Assembly (NCBI GenBank): GCA_024407725.1
Contig: JAKSVZ010000001.1
Location: 1 to 32,000 of the forward strand
Length of the DNA: 32,000 nt
Direction of reading: 5' to 3'
Source of the DNA: Opitutales bacterium
Lineage (GTDB): Bacteria; Verrucomicrobiota; Verrucomicrobiia; Opitutales; UBA9783
Under the pieces are notes generated by a model. The model worked only from the letters and a program-made list of their open reading frames with translations. It was not told where the DNA came from and searched no databases. Numbering within the stretch: the first letter of the stretch is position 1; each line of letters begins with the position of its first letter. This document shows, piece by piece, positions 1-7,455 of the stretch. Both the position numbers and the translations under genes were made by a program.

Positions 1-351
1 GCTATGCAAACCGATTCCACTACCCTATTGGAATCCGGTATTCAATTATCCAAAGCCGCATGGTCTGATTTTCAAGCGGAAATGAATTGGAACGCCTCCA
101 CCCCGCAGTGTATCATTACTCATCAGGTCGGATTGCAGCATCAAAAGAAAATTTATGAAGCGTTGAGTTTGCCGATGGATAAGGACGTATCTACCTTTAG
201 TTTCCTTGGAAATACCGGTTCTGTCGCCTTACCCATTTCATTAGGATACGCGGTTGAAACCCAACGCATCCAAGCAAATGACAAAGTTCTGTTGTTGGGA
301 ATCGGCAGCGGACTCAATACGCTTATGTTGGGTATTTTATGGCAAAACTAA
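1..351 (+). CDS. FabH/OleA-like thiolase-fold condensing enzyme (3-oxoacyl-ACP synthase III family), C-terminal fragment; 5' end lies outside the window
   Basis: The frame is open from base 1. The C-terminal KAS III signature is present: 'ITHQVG' (catalytic His region), 'FLGNTGSVALPISL' (catalytic Asn region) and 'LLLGIGSGLN'. At 115 aa it is only the last third of a typical ~330-370 aa enzyme. Confidence 0.75.
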   Translation, partial: AMQTDSTTLLESGIQLSKAAWSDFQAEMNWNASTPQCIITHQVGLQHQKKIYEALSLPMDKDVSTFSFLGNTGSVALPISLGYAVETQRIQANDKVLLLGIGSGLNTLMLGILWQN

Positions 352-1223
352 CACTACCTGAATGGTTAGCGCAGTTATATCCCTTCGCGCCTCATTTTTG
401 CCCGTTAGATCAAAATCTCCAACTGCATTATGTCGATGAAGGCAATTCCAAAGCGGAAGCAGTGGTTATGCTGCATGGAAATCCCACGTGGTCGTTTTAT
501 TATCGTCATTTAATTCGCCATTTAAGCCCGTATTACCGCTGTTTAGCGTTGGATCATATGGGCTGCGGTTTGTCAGACAAGCCACAAACGTATCCTTATT
601 GCTTAAACCAGCACATCGATAATGCCCTGCGTTGGTTAGATCACTTAGCGCTGAAATCATTTCATTTGGTAGTTCATGATTGGGGAGGAGCTATTGGAAT
701 GGGAATTGCAACCCAATGTCCTGAAAAAATACGCTCCTTAACCATCCTAAATTCGGCAGGTTTTTTATCGAAAAGGATGCCCTATCGCATCGCTTTTTGC
801 CGGACACACTTTGGAGCTTGGTCTATAACGCACTTAAATTCGTTTGCCCAAGCAGCGACGGTTATGGCCTCGGTTCATCCTTTGCCTAAAAACGTCAAAA
901 ATGGGTATTTATATCCCTATCGCACGGTTGCCGAGCGAATCGCCATTAAAGCGTTTGTTCAGGATATTCCTATGCACCCTCAGCATCCCAGTTATGCGCT
1001 GCTTGAGTCGATTCAAAACCGACTGTCGCTTTTATCGGACAAACCGTGTTTGTTGGCGTGGGGAATGAAGGATTTTTGCTTTAATCCGCACTTTTTAGCG
1101 CAATGGAAAACGTTCTTCCCTAACGCTCAAGTACAGCGCTACGATACTGCCGGACATTATGTCCTTGAAGACGCACAGCCCGCGGTTAACCAAGCGATTT
1201 TGAGCTTTTTACAGCAGCATTAA
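339..1223 (+). CDS. alpha/beta-fold hydrolase, haloalkane-dehalogenase-like (OleB-like candidate)
   Basis: 'MLHGNPTWSFYYRH' is the HLD-type oxyanion motif. 'VVHDWGGAIG' is a nucleophile elbow with Asp (D114 of this ORF). 'AGHYVLED' holds the catalytic His near the C-terminus. The start overlaps the upstream FabH-like gene by 13 nt, which suggests translational coupling. Confidence 0.8.
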   Translation: MAKLTLPEWLAQLYPFAPHFCPLDQNLQLHYVDEGNSKAEAVVMLHGNPTWSFYYRHLIRHLSPYYRCLALDHMGCGLSDKPQTYPYCLNQHIDNALRWLDHLALKSFHLVVHDWGGAIGMGIATQCPEKIRSLTILNSAGFLSKRMPYRIAFCRTHFGAWSITHLNSFAQAATVMASVHPLPKNVKNGYLYPYRTVAERIAIKAFVQDIPMHPQHPSYALLESIQNRLSLLSDKPCLLAWGMKDFCFNPHFLAQWKTFFPNAQVQRYDTAGHYVLEDAQPAVNQAILSFLQQH

Positions 1224-1249
1224 ACTTTTGGGCATTGATTTGATTGTAC

Positions 1250-1285
1250 AAAATAAAACGCCCCGAAAAGGTTATCCTTTCGGGG
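1250..1285 (-). terminator. Rho-independent terminator closing the long minus-strand array; possibly weakly bidirectional for the convergent hydrolase gene
   Basis: Minus-strand RNA reads CCCCGAAAGG-AUAA-CCUUUUCGGGG (10 bp stem with a one-U bulge, GC-rich base) followed by CGUUUUAUUUUG. On the plus strand the same hairpin is preceded by an A-tract, but its downstream U-tail is poor. Confidence 0.75.
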
Positions 1286-1310
1286 CATATCGCTTAAATG
1301 CGCGATTACT

Positions 1311-2405
1311 TTAGTTTGCGGTAACAACCAATAACGGATTGGTCGATTTGTACTGCGAAGATTGCAAGAACATCAATTGCATGAGCAATGAAAAAGTGTT
1401 CTTCGATTGAATATCATCATCGGCAATATAGAACCAAGTGCCGCGGTATTCGCATGCAACATAAGCATTTTTCGGGGTATCTACCGACCAAGCAACATGG
1501 AAACGATTGCAAACTTTCTTCCAATCAAAGGGTTTTCCCCAGCGATCCTTAGAACCTCCTGCGATATGTCCATCGATATCCATCTGAGGAACATCAACTC
1601 CCTTAGATGCAAAGTAGAGCACGCCTAACAAGGTTCTGCATTGAACAACTAACGTTTCTGAATTTTGCTCCATGAAGTTATCGTTAATCTCAAATAACGT
1701 TTTGTTGGTATCCAATCCAGCTAACTGCTTAACCTGTTGAGCTTTGGTACGATAACCCGCTTTGTCTTTAATTTGCATGTGCAATTTAGAAAAGTTGGTG
1801 CTTGGTTTTTGATTAAAGTACACCAAGTGATTCGGTTGTCTGTGCAATTCGTCCATTAAATGAGCGAAATAGGCAAACGATTCATACTCAGGAGCATTTT
1901 CAGGTACGGGACCATCAGCGGTATCTGCGTTATACAAATCGTTGATACGTTCAATACACAGATTAAATACTTCCTCTAAGGACCAACCTGAATTGATTAA
2001 AGAAGTTACGACTGGGAAAGAGATTGGTGTCATGAATTTTTTGACATACTCTCTTCCTGCCAATCTCCCATAATTAGCACCTGATAAATTTTCATAAGAT
2101 GGACTTAGCTCTAGCGTCAATTTACCTGGATATTTTCCATCAACACAACCCATAATGGTTTTTTCAAATCCGAACTTAGAACTACTCTTAACGTTGTTAT
2201 TATGACTCATGGAAGTAACCTCTACAAAGGTAGGGTACTCTCCATAACGTAAGCGTACAATGTTCAATAACAACTCTTGGTTATTATTATCAACAAGTGC
2301 ATTATTGTACGCACTTTGCGCAGAGATCACATCCTTTGATGTGGTTTCAGTACAACCACCTATCGCGAAAGCAGCACAACTAGTTAATAGATAGATACGT
2401 TTCAT
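1311..2405 (-). CDS. hypothetical lipoprotein (364 aa), function unknown
   Basis: The N-terminus 'MKRIYLLTSCAAFAIGGC' has a basic n-region, a hydrophobic core and a lipobox-like 'IGGC'. The long ORF ends 25 nt upstream of the terminator. I recognise no catalytic motif or family. Confidence 0.75.
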   Translation of the reverse strand: MKRIYLLTSCAAFAIGGCTETTSKDVISAQSAYNNALVDNNNQELLLNIVRLRYGEYPTFVEVTSMSHNNNVKSSSKFGFEKTIMGCVDGKYPGKLTLELSPSYENLSGANYGRLAGREYVKKFMTPISFPVVTSLINSGWSLEEVFNLCIERINDLYNADTADGPVPENAPEYESFAYFAHLMDELHRQPNHLVYFNQKPSTNFSKLHMQIKDKAGYRTKAQQVKQLAGLDTNKTLFEINDNFMEQNSETLVVQCRTLLGVLYFASKGVDVPQMDIDGHIAGGSKDRWGKPFDWKKVCNRFHVAWSVDTPKNAYVACEYRGTWFYIADDDIQSKNTFSLLMQLMFLQSSQYKSTNPLLVVTAN

Positions 2406-2420
2406 ATAAAAATTATTATA

Positions 2421-2495
<75 letters not shown>

Positions 2496-2506
2496 ACTCT
2501 GCTTGT

Positions 2507-2535
2507 TAATTCACAGAAACCTATAAATTTGTCAA
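2507..2535 (-). promoter_or_regulatory. candidate sigma70-type promoter for tRNA-Asn (and possibly the lipoprotein gene)
   Basis: The minus strand has a perfect -35 TTGACA (2530-2535). A 17-nt spacer ends in 'TGt' (extended -10-like) and is followed by a poor -10 'GAATTA', about 11 nt upstream of the tRNA 5' end. Only the -35 is convincing. Confidence 0.25.
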
Positions 2536-2544
2536 ACCAGAAAA

Positions 2545-3384
2545 TTATTTTCTTGGAGGTAAAACCGAATAAAAAGTGTGTAAAAACGCTTGTTTACTCG
2601 CTAAAGCGTCATCAAAATTTAAAAACGGAGCAGGTACTTGACGGGCTGCAATAAATTTTTTCCACAGCTGTTCATCCCCCAACTGGGTAATCATAGGTTC
2701 TGGATTGGCACGATCCCAAATAATCACCCTATTGGTAATGCTAGCAAATTCCTGTAAGAGCGCAAAAGCTGGCTCAAGAGTGTTGTAAAAAAACCCTGAC
2801 GAACTTTTTTCTACCACACGCCCTGTTGCACGACAACGTTCTGCAATCCACGCATCCGATACTTCTTTACTAATCGCCATACATTGGTAATCGCAGGCGT
2901 AATGATGCGCTTGCAGGTACCGATGAATCATTTCCTCATATTTTGGGGCTAATAAGGTCATATCCAGCAGGATAGAACGCTGTTGTTCGATACACTGAAT
3001 CAACACCATGGTTAATAGGATTAACGCAAACGCATTTGTTTTTTCACGTATCATCCCCGAACCATACTGCTGCTTAATAGCTTCAATATGCGGGTGATAA
3101 GGAACAAAATTCCGCACAGCAATCATTACGTAGGGATAATGATACGCCTCCAAAGCCGATTGTACTGACGGCAATAGTTGAGAAGATTTCCCCGAACCTG
3201 ATTGTCCGACCAAACGAATACAAAACGGATGAGGATTTGCGTCCGAAGAAGCTCCTAGGTCCCGATAAGCTTTGTCGCATAAATCCTGCCAAGTTTCGGG
3301 CGGGAAATGAACATCACACTCAGCAAAGTTCCCCCACTGACCTAGAATAAAATCAATAACCTCTTGGGGGATCATATTTACCAT
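2545..3384 (-). CDS. P-loop NTPase/kinase-like protein, zeta-toxin-like (PF06414-type) by motif resemblance
   Basis: Walker A 'GQSGSGKSS' sits at aa 60-68. 'RNFVPYHPHI' lies about 22 aa downstream and resembles the 'D-x-F-[KR]-x-x-H-P' segment of zeta/PezT kinases. A hydrophobic strand ends in an acidic residue, 'SILLDMT' (Walker-B-like). It lies 31 nt downstream of rplQ with no hairpin between. Confidence 0.6.
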   Translation of the reverse strand: MVNMIPQEVIDFILGQWGNFAECDVHFPPETWQDLCDKAYRDLGASSDANPHPFCIRLVGQSGSGKSSQLLPSVQSALEAYHYPYVMIAVRNFVPYHPHIEAIKQQYGSGMIREKTNAFALILLTMVLIQCIEQQRSILLDMTLLAPKYEEMIHRYLQAHHYACDYQCMAISKEVSDAWIAERCRATGRVVEKSSSGFFYNTLEPAFALLQEFASITNRVIIWDRANPEPMITQLGDEQLWKKFIAARQVPAPFLNFDDALASKQAFLHTFYSVLPPRK

Positions 3385-3415
3385 TTAAGTAAAAAATAAT
3401 CCTTATTACCCAGTG

Positions 3416-3970
3416 TTATTCAGCCTTAGCTGGTTCTTCAGCTTTTTTAGCAACTTTTTTTGCCGTTGCTTCAGCTTTAGGAGCTACTTCATCTGCTTTT
3501 TCAGCTTCAGAAGTGGCTGTTTTTGATGTATTTTTAGCTGATTCAGCTGTCTTTTTGGCTTTTGGTTTAGAAGACGAACGACGTGCTTCAGCTTCTTCAA
3601 CCAACTGAATAAGAGCCATAGGAGCGCCATCCCCTACCCGATTCATTAATTTATAGATGCGGGTATAGCCTCCGTTGCGTTTTAAAAATTGCTGAACGGT
3701 TTCTTCGAACAGCTTTTTGACCGCTGCTTCATTATGAACACGAGCAATTGCTAAACGACGATAGTGCAACTTTTCGATAGGTAATTGGCTATTTGCTGCA
3801 TCTTTTGCCAATGTAATAACCTTTTCTGAACAAGGACGTAACGCTTTAGCTTTCGCTAACGTAGTTTTGATCTTTCCGTTCAAAAACAGCTGCGCCATTA
3901 AATTAGCCATCAAAGCCTTACGATGCTCCTGTTTAACTCCTAATTGAAAACGATGATTTAAATGACGCAT
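3416..3970 (-). CDS. rplQ: 50S ribosomal protein L17 with a K/A/E-rich C-terminal tail
   Basis: 'MRHLNHRFQLG...HRKALMANL...GGYTRI' is canonical L17, and the gene follows rpoA. The last ~58 aa are low-complexity K/A/E/T-rich. Confidence 0.97.
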   Translation of the reverse strand: MRHLNHRFQLGVKQEHRKALMANLMAQLFLNGKIKTTLAKAKALRPCSEKVITLAKDAANSQLPIEKLHYRRLAIARVHNEAAVKKLFEETVQQFLKRNGGYTRIYKLMNRVGDGAPMALIQLVEEAEARRSSSKPKAKKTAESAKNTSKTATSEAEKADEVAPKAEATAKKVAKKAEEPAKAE

Positions 3971-3993
3971 AATACAAAAACTACTTTAATTAT

Positions 3994-5007
3994 TTATTTT
4001 AATGAATCGCTCAACATATTTTCATCAATTTGCATTCCGAGCGATAATCCAAAACTTTCCAATTTTTCTTTAATCTCATCAAGAGATTTTTTACCAAAGT
4101 TACGACATTGCAACAATTCGCTTTCTGGTCTGCGTGCCAATTGTCCCAAGGTCATAATCTTTTCTTTATTCAAACAGTTAGCGGAACGTACCGATAAATC
4201 TAACACATTAACGCTTGTTTGCAATAAAGTATGTAAACGATTCTCTTTGTTATCCACTGATTCCTCTGAAGTCTTTGAAGATTCAAAACGAATAGCTTCT
4301 TCAGAAAGATCTTCAAGTAACTTTAAGTGAAGACTCAAAATAGCCCCTGCTTCCTTTAACGCATCTTGGGGAGTAATACGACCATCGGTGGTAACTTCCA
4401 AAAACAATTTATCATAATCCGTAATGTTACCAACACGGGTATTTTCCACACGATAACTCACCAAAGTCACCGGACTAAATAAACTATCAATCGGAATCGT
4501 TCCTAATGCCTGATCGGGCTTACGGTTATCCTTAGCCAACCGATAATTGCGATCCATATCAACGGTTAGTTGTGCCTTAAAGCTCCGTTTTTCAGTTAAC
4601 GTACAGATCAGTTGCTCTGGGTTTACAATTTCAATCCCGTTAGACAACTTAATATCCTTAGCAGTAACTGCTCCGAGCTTATTTACATCAATCGATAAAG
4701 TAACAGGCGCTTTTAAACGAGCTTTCAAAAGAACGTTCTTCAAGTTCAAAACGATTTCGGTTACATCTTCCAAAATCCCCTTGTCGTGCTGAAATTCATG
4801 CTGAATGCCTTCGATTTTAACCGAAGTAATGGCAGCTCCTTCAATCGAACTCAGCAATATCCTTCGAAATGCATTACCTAGGGTATGACCGAATCCCTTT
4901 TCAAGAGGATCCAAGACAAAACAGGTAAATGTAGAAGTTGCTGTTTCAGAAACCTGCCGCAGTTTCGTAGGTAGCACAAATTCTTTTAATACTTTAGGAG
5001 CTTGCAT
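3994..5007 (-). CDS. rpoA: DNA-directed RNA polymerase subunit alpha
   Basis: 337 aa. The N-terminal domain has 'GFGHTLGNAFRRILLSSIEGAAITSVKIEG'. The C-terminal domain has 'LDLSVRSANCLNKEKIMTLGQL'. Its position between rpsD and rplQ fits. Confidence 0.98.
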   Translation of the reverse strand: MQAPKVLKEFVLPTKLRQVSETATSTFTCFVLDPLEKGFGHTLGNAFRRILLSSIEGAAITSVKIEGIQHEFQHDKGILEDVTEIVLNLKNVLLKARLKAPVTLSIDVNKLGAVTAKDIKLSNGIEIVNPEQLICTLTEKRSFKAQLTVDMDRNYRLAKDNRKPDQALGTIPIDSLFSPVTLVSYRVENTRVGNITDYDKLFLEVTTDGRITPQDALKEAGAILSLHLKLLEDLSEEAIRFESSKTSEESVDNKENRLHTLLQTSVNVLDLSVRSANCLNKEKIMTLGQLARRPESELLQCRNFGKKSLDEIKEKLESFGLSLGMQIDENMLSDSLK

Positions 5008-5027
5008 ATTTCTAAAAATAACTTCTA

Positions 5028-5633
5028 TTAACGACTGTAGTATCCCACAATCAATTGTTCATCAATATCTTGAACCATTTCTTCACGAACTGGAATGCGA
5101 TCGACTGTTCCCTTTAATTGGTCTTGAACAACCGATAACCAGCTGGGGCATTCACGTCCTTGAGTTGCTTCCAAACCATGGGTTGCTAATTGACGAGAAA
5201 CCGCTTTCTCTCCAACACTTATAACCTCGCCGGCTTTGCAAATATAGCTTGGGATGCTGACCTTGCGATCATTCACTTTTACATGCCCATGCATAACCAT
5301 TTGACGAGCAGCAGCACGGGTTTTTGCGAATCCTAAACGATACACAATATTGTCTAAACGTAATTCTAGTAAACGCAGTAAGTTTTCACCGGCTAATCCA
5401 GACATACCTTTGGCGGTCTCAAACATCAAACGGAATTGACGTTCCGATACACCAAACATAAAGCGGACTTTTTGCTTTTCATTTAAGCCCAAAGTATAAT
5501 CGCTAATACGACGCTTTAAATGGGCTCCGTGCATACCTGGCAAATAAGGTTTACGCTCATAAGCCTTGGTAACGGGGAAAATGACCGTCTTAAAACGACG
5601 ATTAATACGAGTAGTAGGTCCTGTATAACGCAT
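5028..5633 (-). CDS. rpsD: 30S ribosomal protein S4
   Basis: 'MRYTGP...', 'LRLLELRLDNIVYRLGFAKTRAAARQMVMHGHVKVN' (S4 RNA-binding domain). It sits in the alpha cluster. Confidence 0.98.
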   Translation of the reverse strand: MRYTGPTTRINRRFKTVIFPVTKAYERKPYLPGMHGAHLKRRISDYTLGLNEKQKVRFMFGVSERQFRLMFETAKGMSGLAGENLLRLLELRLDNIVYRLGFAKTRAAARQMVMHGHVKVNDRKVSIPSYICKAGEVISVGEKAVSRQLATHGLEATQGRECPSWLSVVQDQLKGTVDRIPVREEMVQDIDEQLIVGYYSR

Positions 5634-5647
5634 GATTTAATCTTTCT

Positions 5648-6259
5648 TTATACATAGCGACGTTTACGGGGGCGGCATCCATTATGAGGAATGGGTGTAA
5701 CATCCTTAATAGATGAAACCGTTAACCCTAAAGTTTGTAAAGACCGAATAGCTGCATCGCGCCCTATTCCTGGGCCTTTTACTTCTATAGAAATTTCACG
5801 CACTCCATGACCCATAGCCAATTTGGCAGCCTCAACGGATACCACCTGACCGGCATAAGCTGTTGATTTGCGTGCACCTTTAAAACCGCAACGGCCGGCA
5901 CTAGACCAAGACAAAACGTTGCCTTTTAAATCGGTAAATACCACCATCGTGTTGTTAAACGTTGCAGAAATGTGGCAGACACCTACCGTAACATTTTTGC
6001 TATTTTTCGCACGTTTGATTTTTAATTCTCCTTGAGCGCCCTCTGTATCTAACGCATTTTGGGCTGCAGCAGCTTCCTCAACGGGTTGCTTTTCCTCAAC
6101 AGTCTGAGCTTTGGTTTCTTTTGATTTCTCCTGCGCTTTAGGTTGTTTCGTTGTTGCTTTCGTAGCAGTACGAGGAGAACGTTTTTTAGCATCCGTTGCA
6201 GGCTTTACTTCCTCTTCAACCTTGGATGCTTCCTTTGATTTTGTCTTATCTACAACCAT
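5648..6259 (-). CDS. rpsK: 30S ribosomal protein S11 with an ~80-aa N-terminal low-complexity extension
   Basis: The canonical S11 core runs from '[23 protein letters not shown]' to '[16 protein letters not shown]'. The frame stays open for ~80 extra K/E/A/T-rich codons back to an ATG 13 nt after rpsM. Confidence 0.95.
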   Translation of the reverse strand: MVVDKTKSKEASKVEEEVKPATDAKKRSPRTATKATTKQPKAQEKSKETKAQTVEEKQPVEEAAAAQNALDTEGAQGELKIKRAKNSKNVTVGVCHISATFNNTMVVFTDLKGNVLSWSSAGRCGFKGARKSTAYAGQVVSVEAAKLAMGHGVREISIEVKGPGIGRDAAIRSLQTLGLTVSSIKDVTPIPHNGCRPRKRRYV

Positions 6260-6272
6260 GAGATCTTAAATT

Positions 6273-6653
6273 TTATTTTTTATTAGCGCTGCTTACGACA
6301 CCAACGGTTTTACGAGCCCCCTTACGAGTCCGTGCATTGGTGCTTGTCCGCTGTCCACGTACCGGCAATCCTTTAATGTGACGGATTCCACGGTAGCACT
6401 TAACCAACTCTAAACGTTTGATGTTTCCAGCGATTTCTCGACGTAAATCCCCTTCTAAAACATATCCAAACTGATCGATAGCAGCTAAAATTTTATTCAA
6501 TTCTTCTTCGGATAACGTATGCACGCGTTTATCTGGATCTAAGCCGGCTTTGTCTACAATTTGCCGTGCACGGGATAAACCAATTCCATAAATATAGGGC
6601 AATGCATAAGCTAATTTCTTGTTATCAGGAATATCAACTCCAAGGATTCGCAT
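6273..6653 (-). CDS. rpsM: 30S ribosomal protein S13
   Basis: '[13 protein letters not shown]...YIYGIG...[25 protein letters not shown]'. Confidence 0.98.
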   Translation of the reverse strand: MRILGVDIPDNKKLAYALPYIYGIGLSRARQIVDKAGLDPDKRVHTLSEEELNKILAAIDQFGYVLEGDLRREIAGNIKRLELVKCYRGIRHIKGLPVRGQRTSTNARTRKGARKTVGVVSSANKK

Positions 6654-6657
6654 AGTA

Positions 6658-7446
6658 TTACAATAGATTTGATTGAGAAGAATTTTTTAAGTTTGTCAAT
6701 ATTTCTGGCGCATCTTTTGTGATTAGCACCGTATGTTCAAAGTGAGCACTCATTTTATTATCGGCTGTAACAATCGTCCAACCGTCATTCAATGTGCGCA
6801 ATTTAGGGGATCCTAAGGTAAGCATGGGTTCAATTGCAATGGTCATTCCCGCTTGCAAACGAAAACCTGTATGGGGTTTACCAAAATTAGGAACCTGTGG
6901 TTCTTCGTGCATGTGGCGACCAATACCATGGCCAACCAAATCACGAACTACTCCTAAATGATTTTTCTCGGCAGTCGTTTGAACGGCATAACCGATATCG
7001 CCGATAAAATTTCCATCCCTCGCTTGAGCAATGCCTTCCATTAATGCCGAACGCGTCACTTCAATTAAATGCCGAGTATCTTCTGGGATGGCTCCAACTG
7101 CAAAGGTTAAGGTATTATCTCCTGCAAATCCTTTGTAATACAAAGCAACATCCAAACTAACAATATCGCCCTCTTTAATGATTCGATCTTTTTTACCGAT
7201 ACCATGAACCACTTCATTGTTCAAAGACACACAGATGTAACTCGGAAATGGATTAGAAGGGTCACCATAACGGTAAGCCGAACTAATAGCGCCTACCGAG
7301 GCCATTACTTCCTTCGCTTTTTGATCTAAATCCCAAGTACTAACCCCAACCTTGGTTGCTTTACGTACTTCATCTAATACGAATGCCGCGCATCCTCCTG
7401 CTTCGCGCATGCATACAATTTCCTCTTCTGTCTTAATCAGACCCAT
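6658..7446 (-). CDS. map: type I methionine aminopeptidase
   Basis: Metal-binding and catalytic motifs are present: 'NEVVHGI', 'DIVSLDVA', '[20 protein letters not shown]', 'IEPML', 'FEHTVLIT'. It lies directly after secY. Confidence 0.96.
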   Translation of the reverse strand: MGLIKTEEEIVCMREAGGCAAFVLDEVRKATKVGVSTWDLDQKAKEVMASVGAISSAYRYGDPSNPFPSYICVSLNNEVVHGIGKKDRIIKEGDIVSLDVALYYKGFAGDNTLTFAVGAIPEDTRHLIEVTRSALMEGIAQARDGNFIGDIGYAVQTTAEKNHLGVVRDLVGHGIGRHMHEEPQVPNFGKPHTGFRLQAGMTIAIEPMLTLGSPKLRTLNDGWTIVTADNKMSAHFEHTVLITKDAPEILTNLKNSSQSNLL

Positions 7447-7455
7447 AATCCCATC

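Noticed and set aside
2496-2544. Terminator between the P-loop gene and tRNA-Asn
   Set aside because: Only a 4-bp TCTG/CAGA stem is available and no U-tract follows. This is insufficient.
3420-3600. Apparent tandem-like nucleotide repeats (recurring 'gcttcagc'/'ttttagc' units)
   Set aside because: They are a by-product of repeated Ala-Glu-Ala-Lys codons in the L17 tail. They are imperfect and in frame, so this is not a discrete DNA repeat element.
6028-6033. Internal AAGGAG upstream of the canonical S11 core, suggesting a shorter S11
   Set aside because: No ATG, GTG or TTG lies within 4-12 nt downstream; only TTA, AAA and ATC do. The upstream 80 codons would otherwise be an unexplained open frame.
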